64,000 bases of DNA from Escherichia phage vB_EcoM_MM02, in the sequence record MK373784.1; one strand, 5' to 3'. Both the position numbers and the translations under genes were made by a program. Of the stretch, positions 27,530-38,315 are shown piece by piece; within the stretch, counting starts at the first letter, position 1, and every line of letters starts with the position of its first letter. The notes beneath the pieces were generated by a model. It searched no databases. It was not told where the DNA came from and saw only the letters and a program-made list of their open reading frames with translations.

Positions 27530-27931
27530 TTATAGATTAGGTTTATATGATTTAAATGTTTCGAATCCGCCTTTATTCATAAGAGCTTTGAATTCGTCAG
27601 GACGCATAGCTTTGTCGTCGATAATCCAATCATATACTGGTTTATGTGTTAGCAAATTATGGTACTTCAAACCAATGTTTTCCAAGTTCTGAATCAGACT
27701 TGGGAGAATGTCAATTGCTATACGTCCAGGACCTACTGACTTCATACCGCGAGCAGTGTAAAGCGTTATGGTATGCCCTGCATCATACAGGGCATTAATG
27801 GCAGACACCATTTCGACGTCCGGTTTGAAGTTCACGTAATCACGATTGTTATTCCACTCTGTTATACAATCATCGACATCAAAACAAAGATTAAGCATGT
27901 TTTCTACACGGTGCATTAGATTCGTTCCCAT
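27530..27931 (-). CDS. HAD-superfamily phosphatase (KdsC-like small sugar-phosphate phosphatase)
   Basis: 133 aa; motif I FDVDDCIT (DxDx[T/V]), Thr motif ITLYTAR, C-terminal K...DD (HKPVYDWIIDDK). Confidence 0.55.
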   Translation of the reverse strand: MGTNLMHRVENMLNLCFDVDDCITEWNNNRDYVNFKPDVEMVSAINALYDAGHTITLYTARGMKSVGPGRIAIDILPSLIQNLENIGLKYHNLLTHKPVYDWIIDDKAMRPDEFKALMNKGGFETFKSYKPNL

Positions 27932-29601
27932 TGATGAGTGATATCGCCACCGATTGGACGATAGGAAACACCAGTTTCTTTATCAGTTAGTACCCATTTA
28001 CCAGGATTTTTTGTAATCAGAGTAGCCGTTACAGGTTCTGCTACGTCATAACTAATAGAGCCGTCTTGAAGTACACGGCCCATGTTACGTAATTGCTTAG
28101 TCAGAAGTTCCATACCTTTATAATATGCGGCTACCGCTTTAAGTGGATTATTCTTGAAATAACCACCTAATGCAATCCAGATAATTGCTACAGCCAAATG
28201 ATGATACTCGTTAAACGAACTCATCTTTCCATATTTGTAAACTAATGGATTGATGTTAATAGTCACATTACAAGTTGTTTCGTCAATAGTAAACTGTCCC
28301 CAGGTCGGATTAGCGTTGAATTCATCATAACCTGAAACAGCATAAAGCACTTTAGCTTCATCATACAATTTTGGCCCATAAATCTTGGTTTCGCCAAAAT
28401 ATCCACGAGGGTCGATAAACTTGACTTCGCCGTTATCAGTAATCATAGTATTACTGAAGTTCGGGTCACCATGAATAACAGAGTACTGTCCCTGAGAACG
28501 GTTATGATAACGAATAAGGTGTTCTAAAGCTTGTTTCAACATTGGCTTCAGACGTCCAATCTTAGTGTAGTTCACATGTGTGATTTTACCAAATGAATCA
28601 ATCAATGGTTGAATGCTTTCACAACGATCAATAACTTTCGTATAGAATTCTTTAGTGAAATCACGACGAACAGTTTCAGGACTTACAAAATAAGTGTCTG
28701 TGCTGAATTTCAGTGCATCTAAAATTGCATCAACAATTTGTGGACGAGCAAGACTTGATTTGGATTTAATATATTCAAATGCCGGCTTACCTTTAATGCG
28801 TTCCATTTCAAAGTTATTTTCATTAACAGAAACTAACTGAGGAACTGAATCTGATTTCACTTTAAGATACCATGAAATCTCATCTTTCTGAAGAGCTCGA
28901 CCCTGTTCGGTTAATGCGAATTTAGTTACAGTTTCTTCACCAATTTCAACTGCATTAAAACTACGATTAAGTTCACGAACTTCATGAGCTTTTTCAAGTT
29001 TAGGCATATCACCTAAATCAATTAGATTCATAAGCTCTGATTTATTGAATGCGCTGCCGTAAAGGAATTCTACGAAATCGCGTCCTTTGCAGTATTCATG
29101 AATTTCCTCATCGGTAGAACCCATATAGAATTCCCAGTCTTTGAACTGATAAATTCCTACAACATTACCACCTGTTGAACCTACGTTAGTGATATTTTCA
29201 CCGTCGAAATTATATCGACATTCGTCACCCTTAACATAGATTGCGTTAACATTCCAAGACCATGAACCAAAATCGGGAATAATATCACACCAGTTAACAA
29301 TTACATTATGGCCGTCTAAATCTTTGTGTAATTTAGCAAGAGCATAAGCAGAACCGTACGCTTCATCAACTGTACGAATAGTCACATTGAACCCTTCTTG
29401 CTCACAATAAGCTCGAACAGTTTCAGCAAATTTTGAATGAACTACTACAATAATTTCATCTGCGCCAAGGTCAGAATAAATTGTATACAAATTGCTCAGA
29501 ATAGTGTCTTGTTTATAGTTAACAAGCACCTTAGGAATATGATGCGTTATTGGATATAAACGAGTCGCCAGTCCAGCACCAAGAATAACAGCTTTTTTCA
29601 T
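27916..29601 (-). CDS. bifunctional sugar-1-phosphate nucleotidyltransferase / anomeric sugar kinase (APH-like)
   Basis: 561 aa; N-terminal NTP-transferase signature AVILGAGLATRLYP; C-terminal kinase motifs HGDPNFSNTMI...FIDPRG (Brenner HxDxxxxN plus DFG-like), as in AmgK/NahK-type kinases. Confidence 0.65.
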   Translation of the reverse strand: MKKAVILGAGLATRLYPITHHIPKVLVNYKQDTILSNLYTIYSDLGADEIIVVVHSKFAETVRAYCEQEGFNVTIRTVDEAYGSAYALAKLHKDLDGHNVIVNWCDIIPDFGSWSWNVNAIYVKGDECRYNFDGENITNVGSTGGNVVGIYQFKDWEFYMGSTDEEIHEYCKGRDFVEFLYGSAFNKSELMNLIDLGDMPKLEKAHEVRELNRSFNAVEIGEETVTKFALTEQGRALQKDEISWYLKVKSDSVPQLVSVNENNFEMERIKGKPAFEYIKSKSSLARPQIVDAILDALKFSTDTYFVSPETVRRDFTKEFYTKVIDRCESIQPLIDSFGKITHVNYTKIGRLKPMLKQALEHLIRYHNRSQGQYSVIHGDPNFSNTMITDNGEVKFIDPRGYFGETKIYGPKLYDEAKVLYAVSGYDEFNANPTWGQFTIDETTCNVTININPLVYKYGKMSSFNEYHHLAVAIIWIALGGYFKNNPLKAVAAYYKGMELLTKQLRNMGRVLQDGSISYDVAEPVTATLITKNPGKWVLTDKETGVSYRPIGGDITHQWERI

Positions 29602-29782
29602 GTTGAAGTCCTCATTGGTAAGTAGGAGTATTGTACACTATTCTAGTTAAAGCATTCATACTTTGCTTGTAGTCCAATCATAATCCATCCAATTACAAGT
29701 GTTGGAATCATTACTGGAGCCGTTAAGCTCCAGTAGATAGTCATGACAAGCATCAATAGTAAAAGTCCTATTGTTATTGCTT

Positions 29783-30418
29783 TCATTGTTCGCCTCGTAA
29801 CATGGCACCTAGTGCACCGCCTGGATGGAACTTAAGGAAATCATTAGAGGTAAATCCACGTTCAGACGAAAGGTTGATAGCGAACGTATCGATAAGCGCT
29901 AACAACAATGTAGTAGACATTGTCGGAGCTAAAGAGTTCTCGTCAACTTCTACCGCGATACCGGTGCAGAACGTATAATCAAAAAGAGCTTCGTATTCTT
30001 GTGGAATGTCAGGGTTACAATGTAACAGAATCTGTTTAACCTGAGGACGAATCATACGAAGATGTTTAGCAACACCTATCATTTCTTCAGTCTTACCAGA
30101 ACGACTGATGTGAACTAATACATCATTAGGTGCAATAAATCCTGCGTCACCATGAGAATAATGCCCGGTGTTCAAATACATGCTAGGAATACCTAGTGAA
30201 GCAAAAGTCTCGGAAGCTTTAGTTGCGATATTAGCATTCTTACCAACACCTGTAATAATTACCCGGCTTTCATAATTACTAAGTCCAGGGCGTCGAAGAG
30301 TTTCTAGAATAGCATTATAACGAGCAGGGTTTTGACTAATTACTTTAGCCATAGTGGCAAGAGATGAAGCTTGTTTTACGATTGCGTCAATAGCGATAGT
30401 AATAGGAGTAGTTTTCAT
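29783..30418 (-). CDS. SIS-domain sugar-phosphate isomerase (arabinose-5-phosphate isomerase KdsD/GutQ-like)
   Basis: 211 aa; SIS motifs ITGVGKNANIATKASETFASLGIP and HISRSGKTEE; no CBS domains. Confidence 0.7.
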   Translation of the reverse strand: MKTTPITIAIDAIVKQASSLATMAKVISQNPARYNAILETLRRPGLSNYESRVIITGVGKNANIATKASETFASLGIPSMYLNTGHYSHGDAGFIAPNDVLVHISRSGKTEEMIGVAKHLRMIRPQVKQILLHCNPDIPQEYEALFDYTFCTGIAVEVDENSLAPTMSTTLLLALIDTFAINLSSERGFTSNDFLKFHPGGALGAMLRGEQ

Positions 30419-30458
30419 ATTTCTCTCATTTAATTAGTTGGCCGTCCTTGGCATTATA

Positions 30459-33170
30459 TCAAAAATCAAACATATCGAACAGAGATGCTTTCTTCTCGTA
30501 ATCGAGTTTAGCTGCTGATGTGAATCCTTCAAGTGGTTTAATAAATGTCTTCTCAAGGAGAACAGTGTAGTCCATCCAATGAAGTACATCGTCTTTAATT
30601 AAATCTGTGATTTCAGTACCAGAAGGCCATGCGATACATTTATCACCGAATGGGTTTCCTTCACGTAAAGGCAGAACATATACTTTTTCACCTTCTACAA
30701 CTTGTGGTGCATCAATATTACCTTTGATAGCTCGGTTATATGTCAGAATTCCACGAATATGGAACGGACATTTAGGACCAGGGAATCCACCGACATCATA
30801 TTTAGCAATGTTATTCGCAGAAGATACCGACGCGATGCTAATATAATTCAATTGACGGAATTCTTTTTCAAACTCTTTAAAATATTCTTGTAATGATTCT
30901 TCACCTTCTTGAAGCATACGACGAATACATTCTTTAAGAGCTTTCTGTACTGCTTTAGGGGTCGAAGATTTCTGAGTCTCTAGACCCATGATTTTGAGTT
31001 TAGGCTCAGCGTAACGAGTGCCTTCCATATCCCACACGTTTAATGCATAACGTTTCTTACCAGTCCAGAATCCACCAATACCTTTAGAACCGAGCGGAGG
31101 ACCAGCGATAGCTTCTCGGTCCATGAACATTAAGTGTTGTTTATTGTTCATGTATTCACACATTTCACGGAAACCTTTATCAATAGCAGGTTCCATACGT
31201 TCACGTGCAAACTTATCTAAGAAGTCTACCCAATGGTTGGTATCACGGAATTTAGATTCACCAACCTTATCAATAATTTTATCCGCAGATACGTAAATGG
31301 AGTCTGTATCACCATAAAGAACGAAAGCTTCACCTTCTGTACCACAAACTTCATTCAGATATTCATTAACTTTACGTTCAATCCACTGTAAAGCCATTTG
31401 CCCGAATGTTGTGATTGCAGTAGCATTACGCAAATCATAATAACGGAACCAAACGTTGCCAAGTGCACCATAAAGTGAGTTGATGAGCAATTTACGGTTA
31501 ATTTGTGCAGTCATACCTGCAACTTCAGTACGTTGAGCTCTAAACAACATTTCATTAAGAGATTTAGCAGACAACTTTTTAATCTTTTCTTTAATCTCAT
31601 CGCTGAAGTCGAAACGATAATCAACATCTAATGGTTCGTCAACAGAAAGATTAGGATTATGCAATGCCTCTTTAATTATTTCACCATTACGTTGAGCTGC
31701 AAGCATGTAACCTTTATGTTCTTTACGTTGATTAAAGACCTTAGTGATTTCAGTTGGAACTACACCATCACGGTCTTTATAATACATCATGCCGTTAGGA
31801 GAACAACTGTACACATCTGAAGGACGTTCAGCGATTGCGTTAATATAATCATGTAATGGAGCTACTTTAAACGTTCCTGCTATTGTTTCTGGGCTAATAT
31901 TCACTTGGCGAATGATGCTTGGATACAGAGATGTAAGGTCGAAACTCATTACATATTTGTATCGATTTGGAATAGGTTCCTTAACAAAAGCGCCAGGATA
32001 AGGTTGAACCGGGTGAGAACGACCTTGTGGAATCACCTTGTTCTGCTCTTTAAGGCTATTAAAAATAATAGCATCCCATGTTTTAATTGGGCTAAACACA
32101 GATTGAATCTGTATCTTAGCATAATAACCCATGTCCAAACTCAAGTTGATGAACTGACGCTTAGCATCAATTTGCAATACACGATACACATCGATAATGT
32201 TATAAGAAATATATCGTTGGTGATTGCTTTCACGAAGTTTAGAAATAGGGCCGTCATATTTCAGTTTACCAACGTTCAATTCAAATTCTGAAATGTAATC
32301 CAGAGAATACGACGGTTGATTGGTAAAAGAGAATTTTTTGTAAAGGTCAATGTAATCAAGAACAGAGATACCGAACAATGTAATGATTTCACGAGAACCA
32401 TACATGTTTTCGATAACTTTAACACGAGTTTTACGATGCGGCGATAAACGTTTCGCAGTAGATTCGCCAAAAATATTCTTGATTCGGTTATACACATATG
32501 GAATATCAAATGACTCAACGTTCCATCCAGTCAAAATGACAGGAGTTTTCTGTTGCCAGAAGTTGAGATATTCCATCAACAATTCTTTTTCGTTATCGAA
32601 CGGCATATAAATGATTTTATCGATAATTTCAGATGGAACTTCATCACCGCCTTGTTCTTGAAGCTTAGCAGCGATTTCAATAGACCATTCTTCTACATTA
32701 CCATATGGAGAATTCAATAGATCAAATACGTAGAACCTGTCGTCAATTGAGTCATAATGGGTGATAGCATCAATCGGATGTTTTGCTTGTGACGGCTCAG
32801 GGAACCCGTCCGGAGATGTTACTTCGATGTCGAAGTTAGCCACACGAATTTTTGTATGGTCGTATTTGATTTCATAGTTATAAGTGTCAGACAAATACGC
32901 CAATTTGAAATCGTCCATGCCAAGTGCTTCAAGTCCGATATCTTCCATGCGTTTAATCCATTGGGAGGCATCACGCATATTAGCGAACAACTTACGAGTA
33001 CACGGCTTACCGTAGATATCGAAATATTTCGTAGCCTGACTTTCCGGACAATGAGCAAACAGTGATGGTTTATATTCTACTTCACGAGTACGTTCACGGC
33101 CATTAGAATCGATGTAACGTTCAAAAATTGAATCACCAATCTGTTCAACCGTTAAGTAAAATTCTTTCAT
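30459..33170 (-). CDS. 43: family B DNA polymerase with 3'-5' exonuclease, gene 43
   Basis: 903 aa; Exo motifs FDIEV, YNIIDVY; Pol motifs DFTSLYPSII, KILINSLYGALG, YGDTDS; sequence matches my memory of the RB69-type polymerase. Confidence 0.97.
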   Translation of the reverse strand: MKEFYLTVEQIGDSIFERYIDSNGRERTREVEYKPSLFAHCPESQATKYFDIYGKPCTRKLFANMRDASQWIKRMEDIGLEALGMDDFKLAYLSDTYNYEIKYDHTKIRVANFDIEVTSPDGFPEPSQAKHPIDAITHYDSIDDRFYVFDLLNSPYGNVEEWSIEIAAKLQEQGGDEVPSEIIDKIIYMPFDNEKELLMEYLNFWQQKTPVILTGWNVESFDIPYVYNRIKNIFGESTAKRLSPHRKTRVKVIENMYGSREIITLFGISVLDYIDLYKKFSFTNQPSYSLDYISEFELNVGKLKYDGPISKLRESNHQRYISYNIIDVYRVLQIDAKRQFINLSLDMGYYAKIQIQSVFSPIKTWDAIIFNSLKEQNKVIPQGRSHPVQPYPGAFVKEPIPNRYKYVMSFDLTSLYPSIIRQVNISPETIAGTFKVAPLHDYINAIAERPSDVYSCSPNGMMYYKDRDGVVPTEITKVFNQRKEHKGYMLAAQRNGEIIKEALHNPNLSVDEPLDVDYRFDFSDEIKEKIKKLSAKSLNEMLFRAQRTEVAGMTAQINRKLLINSLYGALGNVWFRYYDLRNATAITTFGQMALQWIERKVNEYLNEVCGTEGEAFVLYGDTDSIYVSADKIIDKVGESKFRDTNHWVDFLDKFARERMEPAIDKGFREMCEYMNNKQHLMFMDREAIAGPPLGSKGIGGFWTGKKRYALNVWDMEGTRYAEPKLKIMGLETQKSSTPKAVQKALKECIRRMLQEGEESLQEYFKEFEKEFRQLNYISIASVSSANNIAKYDVGGFPGPKCPFHIRGILTYNRAIKGNIDAPQVVEGEKVYVLPLREGNPFGDKCIAWPSGTEITDLIKDDVLHWMDYTVLLEKTFIKPLEGFTSAAKLDYEKKASLFDMFDF

Positions 33171-33251
33171 TTAATTTCCTTTAGACGAGTTATTGTCTTT
33201 TGTTTGTTGATGAACTTATTATACTCCAAATGGGACCGAAGTCCCATTGCT

Positions 33252-33620
33252 TTAATTACCAATTGTATATTTTGCTTTCAAAGTCCAGTCATCTTTCTGT
33301 TTAAAGGAGATAACACGGAAGTTATTAGTCAGGCCAAACAGATCTTCACGAGCAGAGTCTTCAATAACAATCAATCCCCAGTCTTCAAGCAACTGAGCAA
33401 TCGAATCACGTCGCTGATAGTCTTCACCATCAATATCAACCTGACGTCCGTCCATACGCAGCATTTCTTTAAAGTGGACGATGTAATATTTACCTTGCTT
33501 TTGGAGGATATGACAGGACTGATAAAGAACTTTATCCTTGTTATTAGCGATGCCCATACGGGTCAAAGTCTCTTTGACTTTCAGAAAATCTTCGGGGTTC
33601 TTCAATTTAATTTCAATCAT
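33252..33620 (-). CDS. regA: RegA translational repressor
   Basis: MIEIKLKNPEDFLKVKETLTRMGIANNKDKVLYQSCHILQK...NNFRVISFKQK matches my memory of T4 RegA; start trimmed to second ATG (122 aa); the track ATG 3 codons upstream is also possible. Confidence 0.85.
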   Translation of the reverse strand: MIEIKLKNPEDFLKVKETLTRMGIANNKDKVLYQSCHILQKQGKYYIVHFKEMLRMDGRQVDIDGEDYQRRDSIAQLLEDWGLIVIEDSAREDLFGLTNNFRVISFKQKDDWTLKAKYTIGN

Positions 33621-33622
33621 TT

Positions 33623-34186
33623 TTACCATTCCAATGCTAATTTTTTAAATTGTTTTTGTTCTTTCACATTTTTTGTAACTTCTTTGAGAAACTCATCAGT
33701 GACCATGGCCTTCAGTTCTTTAAGGACTATTGGCAACTTGTTATTTTTTTCAAGGAGCCGCTTATACTCGGTAGCATCATTCATGTTGATTGTGTAACGT
33801 TTCATCAACAGTTTGATAACTAGTAACTCTGAAGTGTCTTCGACTAGTTTAGCCCATTTAGAGAATCGACGACCACGTGGAATTGCCGCCATCATATAGT
33901 TGAAGTGCGCTTCATCACTTAATTCAGAACCGACTAAGTTCATCATGTAAACAGCTGGCATACATTCTGGGAACTGGGATAATGAGTTCTCAACCATAAA
34001 TTTTGAGTAGTCGACCTGAGCAATTGACATAGATTTCTTTTCATTAATAGCATTAATGATTTTAAAGAATTCATTCTCAGGTTTTTCTTTAAACATGTCA
34101 GCACATTTTTGAATCGCATCAGCGTCGTTAGACTTCCATGCAATTTGGTGATCGTTAAGTTGGACGTCATCATCAAATAAGTTCAT
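33623..34186 (-). CDS. 62: clamp-loader small subunit, gene 62
   Basis: 187 aa, immediately upstream of regA and downstream of 44 as in T4. Confidence 0.8.
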   Translation of the reverse strand: MNLFDDDVQLNDHQIAWKSNDADAIQKCADMFKEKPENEFFKIINAINEKKSMSIAQVDYSKFMVENSLSQFPECMPAVYMMNLVGSELSDEAHFNYMMAAIPRGRRFSKWAKLVEDTSELLVIKLLMKRYTINMNDATEYKRLLEKNNKLPIVLKELKAMVTDEFLKEVTKNVKEQKQFKKLALEW

Positions 34187-34187
34187 A

Positions 34188-35150
34188 TTATTTCCAAGTC
34201 AGTTCGCAGGTCAGTTGAAGAAGCATATACATAACATGTAATTCAATATTACTTGCTAATCCATGAAACTTATTATTTTCGCCTGCAATTTCATAAAGCG
34301 AAATAATACTTTTACCTGGTGCAACTTTGTCATAACACTCAGAAACTAATTTATCGATGAACCATGAATAATCTGCGGCATATTTTGGAGCTAACGCACG
34401 AAGCTGTTTGATATCTTTATTTTTCATTGCTTCTATGACATCATCTACCGTGCCACGATCATTGGTTACAATCGACAAAATACCTGCATCAAGAACACCT
34501 TTAGACGAGTACTGGTCTAATTGACCAATTGTACGTCGAAAGTCCGGGAAGTTCTTTTTAACCAGAGCTGCAACAACTTTCATATCAGCGATTTCGATAT
34601 TTTCGTTCTTACAGATTTCAACCATGCGATGAATCATTTTCTTCATCATTGAGATTTTATCTTCTTCGGTTGGACGTCCGAATTCGATAACTCGACAACG
34701 ACTACGTAACGGTTCGATAATTCCATCGATGTTGTTGGCAGTAATAATAATAGAACAGTTACTAGAGAATTCTTCCATGAATGTACGAAGGTGACGTTGT
34801 GATTCAGCGAGGCCACTACGGTCAAATTCATCAATAACAATAACTTTAGGCTTGCCTTCCATTGAGACTGAACGAGCGAATGCAGTTAATGGACCACGCA
34901 CAAAATCAATCTTACAATCAGAACCGTTGACGAACATCATTTCGGCATTGATATCATTACATAATGCTTTTGCTACGGTTGTTTTACCGGTACCAGGAGA
35001 TGGAGAGTGTAAAATAATATGAGGAAGTTTTCCTTTAGATACTAAAGACTTGAATGTTTCATGGTCATACGCAGGCAGAATACATTCGTCAATGGAAGAA
35101 GGACGATATTTCTGTTCTAGAATGTGTTCTTTGGAATTGATAGTAATCAT
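34188..35150 (-). CDS. 44: clamp-loader AAA+ ATPase subunit, gene 44
   Basis: 320 aa; Walker [12 protein letters not shown], Walker [12 protein letters not shown]-like motif SRC. Confidence 0.9.
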   Translation of the reverse strand: MITINSKEHILEQKYRPSSIDECILPAYDHETFKSLVSKGKLPHIILHSPSPGTGKTTVAKALCNDINAEMMFVNGSDCKIDFVRGPLTAFARSVSMEGKPKVIVIDEFDRSGLAESQRHLRTFMEEFSSNCSIIITANNIDGIIEPLRSRCRVIEFGRPTEEDKISMMKKMIHRMVEICKNENIEIADMKVVAALVKKNFPDFRRTIGQLDQYSSKGVLDAGILSIVTNDRGTVDDVIEAMKNKDIKQLRALAPKYAADYSWFIDKLVSECYDKVAPGKSIISLYEIAGENNKFHGLASNIELHVMYMLLQLTCELTWK

Positions 35151-35225
35151 GTAATTTTCCTCATTATCATTAAACTGGAGGATTTCTCCTCCATAATCGT
35201 ATCACAATAAACGTAAAGCTTTGAC

Positions 35226-35912
35226 TTAGAAGTCGTGAGTAGAATCGGCTTCCATCGCAATAACATAACTTACTTGAGAGCTTTCAAACTTGGCTGCAAC
35301 TTTATCACCAGCTCCCCACAACATTACTTTATAGTTACCTGGCTGGATTTTCATATTAGCCATATTGATTACGAAGTTAAAGTTATTAGAACCATCATAA
35401 TCAGTAAGAGTCAAAGAATACTTAGGACGAGTTAGTCCGGAATCTTCAACTTTATTATAGCCATTGATAACAATTTTACCATCTTTATTTGTAATAGCAA
35501 TTGTATCAATCTGAAGTCCACGTGAAACTCGAAGCAATTGTTGAAGGTCTTCAGCTTTAATTTCAGTAATCACAGAAGCCACTGGGAATTGAATTGGCTT
35601 ATTAGGAAAAACAATGGTGCTCTTGTCAGCGGCAGGCCAATAAACTGTGGAACGTGTATCTGCAATTTTAATATTGCCATCAGTATGCATTGAAATTTCG
35701 GCATCATCAGACACTAGACTCAAAATGCTTAAGAAGCTATTCAAATCATAAAGTGCTACGTCAAAATCAATTTCATCAGAGATATTTGCTTCCGCATAAG
35801 TGGTGCCATTAACTGCACGAGTCATAATAAATTTACCTTGACTCAGCAGAATGCCAGAGTTAATAGAGGCAAAGTTTTTCAGAATAGCGATAGTATCTTT
35901 AGACAGTTTCAT
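35226..35912 (-). CDS. 45: sliding clamp, gene 45
   Basis: Track start is a TTG; ATG with RBS AAAGGAAATAAAATG gives 228 aa beginning MKLSKDTIAILKNFASINSGILL, as T4 gp45. Confidence 0.9.
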   Translation of the reverse strand: MKLSKDTIAILKNFASINSGILLSQGKFIMTRAVNGTTYAEANISDEIDFDVALYDLNSFLSILSLVSDDAEISMHTDGNIKIADTRSTVYWPAADKSTIVFPNKPIQFPVASVITEIKAEDLQQLLRVSRGLQIDTIAITNKDGKIVINGYNKVEDSGLTRPKYSLTLTDYDGSNNFNFVINMANMKIQPGNYKVMLWGAGDKVAAKFESSQVSYVIAMEADSTHDF

Positions 35913-35954
35913 TTTATTTCCTTTCAAGACAATTCAAAGTTTATAACAAATTTA

Positions 35955-36371
35955 TTATGCAACAACCATCTGCTTTTTAATAGCTTCAGGCAGTGATTCA
36001 ATATATTCTGGAATTTTAGAAGCAACAATTTCGCCAGCTGCAATTAGTTGTTCGTCGGCATCAACACAGTAAAAATCTTCAAGGCGTTCAGAACCGTCTT
36101 TATCAAGAACGATTTTAGCACCTGCTTCGATAGAATCTTTATAGTGCTTACGCATCAGATGAATCCACATATCAGATACATCGTTATCAATAAAACCATA
36201 AATCATAAAACGAGTTTCTTGTGGCAAAGATTGGAGTTTTTTAGCACTTGCGTCATCACAATGCAGGACCCATGCTTTACGAACACGATTATGGTTATGT
36301 GGGTTAGCGTCAGTACGGATAGAAGTAACTTTCAGATCAGCAGCAGTGAAACCTTTAGCAGTAGTAAACAT
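35955..36371 (-). CDS. hypothetical protein (rpbA/45.x position)
   Basis: 138-aa ORF between 45 and 46. Confidence 0.35.
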   Translation of the reverse strand: MFTTAKGFTAADLKVTSIRTDANPHNHNRVRKAWVLHCDDASAKKLQSLPQETRFMIYGFIDNDVSDMWIHLMRKHYKDSIEAGAKIVLDKDGSERLEDFYCVDADEQLIAAGEIVASKIPEYIESLPEAIKKQMVVA

Positions 36372-36383
36372 ATTATTTCTCTC

Positions 36384-36584
36384 TTATTCGTAGAAGTCGG
36401 TAACTGTCCATGCGGAATTGCGATTAGACATTATTTTATTATACTCATCTTTAAAAGCAGATTTGAGCATTTGTTCAGTAACAATATGTTCTTCACCTGA
36501 AAACGTATTGGTCAAAACATATTTTTTAATTTCAGGGACAACAAGAAGATGTTGACCGGTTGAATACTCCATGTTGTTCTCCAT
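36384..36584 (-). CDS. hypothetical protein
   Basis: 66-aa ORF. Confidence 0.3.
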   Translation of the reverse strand: MENNMEYSTGQHLLVVPEIKKYVLTNTFSGEEHIVTEQMLKSAFKDEYNKIMSNRNSAWTVTDFYE

Positions 36585-36626
36585 TTAATTTGATGTGGTC
36601 ATTATAACCACATCGTGTTAAAGCGT

Positions 36627-38315
36627 TTATGAAACAGTCATTACAGTAAATCGTCCAACTTTGCTCATTTGAAGATGTTGTCCATAAGCTTGTGGGTCAT
36701 GGTCTCTGTGACTAATTATAAACACGTTTGCATCGGTTAGAGAGTTAAGAATTGTTGAAATGGCTTTAATACCTTCGGAATCAGTCGCGGAATCCATGAC
36801 TTCGTCCATAATTAATGTATTGATTCTAACACCAGAGACCTTTTCAGCAATATCTCGCCACGTAAACAACAATGCGATATCGATACGCGCTTTTTCGCCT
36901 TGACTAAATGAAGCATAACTGAACTCTTCACGGCCACGTGATTTTATAGATTCATTGAATTCTTCATCAATAGAAAACACGTAATCGGCTTCCATGATTT
37001 TAAGATAATGGTTAATCTGCTTGTTGAACAGAGGCACATATTTTTTAATGATAGCACCTTTAATACCAGAATCTTTTAACATATCTGTGATAATACCACG
37101 ATGGTATTTTTCAAGAACGATATCTGATTTTGTTTTAATGATTTTATCAAGTTCTTTTTGAAGCAAAGCTATCTCATCGGCATGGTCGATAAATTCTGCT
37201 GAGGCTTGCTCTATTGCAGCTTTAACTTTCTTAGCTTTATCAATAGTGGCAATCATTGCTTGTTTCTTGGTACGAATATCAGATGCAAGGTCCTGTTTAG
37301 TCTTAACATTAGCTCTATATTCGTCCACTAGGACACTCAGGTTATCTCTGTGACATGTAAGTTGCTCGAATGAGTGATTACATTCGTGAAGCTTATCGGT
37401 AATCTTAGAGACAATAGGGTCACCCTGGTGCAACTGTGATGCGCAAGTAGGACATGTACCGCCATCGTGATACATCTTAATAACTTTGTTGTATGAGTCG
37501 ATTTTAGATTTAATCAAGAATGCTTCTTGTCCTATCTTGTTGAATGCCTCAGTAGGGTCTTCATCAAGAACGATATTAAGTAGTCGCTCATTAGCTTCTT
37601 CGATTTCTGCTTTTAATGAACGAGCTTCTTTGGCTAGGTCGTCATACATATTCTGTAGACGCGCTACATTATCACCAGATAATTTCTTTTGACGTTCGAT
37701 ATTCTCGTTATAAATCTTAATTTGTTGGATAACACCATCTTTCTTAGCATCGAGAACTTGTCCCTGGGAATTAAGTTCTCGAACTTGAGACTTATTGATT
37801 TTATCCATTTCAGCGAGTGTGCCGACTTCTAAAAGGTCTTCGACAAGTTTTCTACGAGCAGGGGTGCTAAGAGCCATGAAAGGGGTATACCCTGCCGTCC
37901 CAAGCACAACGATCTGTTTAAAAGACGCGTATGACATTCCGATGCTACGTTCAAATTCTTCTTGGAAGTCACGACTGCTGGCAGATTCATCGAGACGAAC
38001 ACCGTCAACGGAGATTTCGAAAATATTGGGCTTTTGGCCGCGTCTAATGAAGTATTTTTTATCATCGAATTCCATCCAAAGCTCAACTAAGAGCTCTTTC
38101 TTGTTCGTGCTATTAATGATTTGTCCTTTCTTAACATCACGAAATGGTTTACCGAAAAGTCCGAAAGTAATGGCTTCTAACATCGTAGATTTACCACCGC
38201 CATTTTTACCAGTGATTAATGTCTTTTGGACTTTATCTAATTGGATATCAATAGGATTCCCACCTACCGACATGATGTTTTGATAACGAACACGATTTAA
38301 TTTAAATGATTTCAT
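36627..38315 (-). CDS. 46: recombination endonuclease ATPase subunit (SbcC/Rad50-like), gene 46
   Basis: 562 aa; Walker A GKNGGGKST, long coiled-coil with CxxC zinc hook (CPTC), C-terminal signature/Walker B (LIMDEV). Confidence 0.9.
   Translation of the reverse strand: MKSFKLNRVRYQNIMSVGGNPIDIQLDKVQKTLITGKNGGGKSTMLEAITFGLFGKPFRDVKKGQIINSTNKKELLVELWMEFDDKKYFIRRGQKPNIFEISVDGVRLDESASSRDFQEEFERSIGMSYASFKQIVVLGTAGYTPFMALSTPARRKLVEDLLEVGTLAEMDKINKSQVRELNSQGQVLDAKKDGVIQQIKIYNENIERQKKLSGDNVARLQNMYDDLAKEARSLKAEIEEANERLLNIVLDEDPTEAFNKIGQEAFLIKSKIDSYNKVIKMYHDGGTCPTCASQLHQGDPIVSKITDKLHECNHSFEQLTCHRDNLSVLVDEYRANVKTKQDLASDIRTKKQAMIATIDKAKKVKAAIEQASAEFIDHADEIALLQKELDKIIKTKSDIVLEKYHRGIITDMLKDSGIKGAIIKKYVPLFNKQINHYLKIMEADYVFSIDEEFNESIKSRGREEFSYASFSQGEKARIDIALLFTWRDIAEKVSGVRINTLIMDEVMDSATDSEGIKAISTILNSLTDANVFIISHRDHDPQAYGQHLQMSKVGRFTVMTVS

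Noticed and set aside
33232-33262. Plus-strand MotA-box-like sequences (tgcttta, ttgctttca) near the 3' end of regA as middle promoters
   Set aside because: They would drive antisense transcription into regA/62 with no plus-strand gene to express; likely chance matches in AT-rich sequence.
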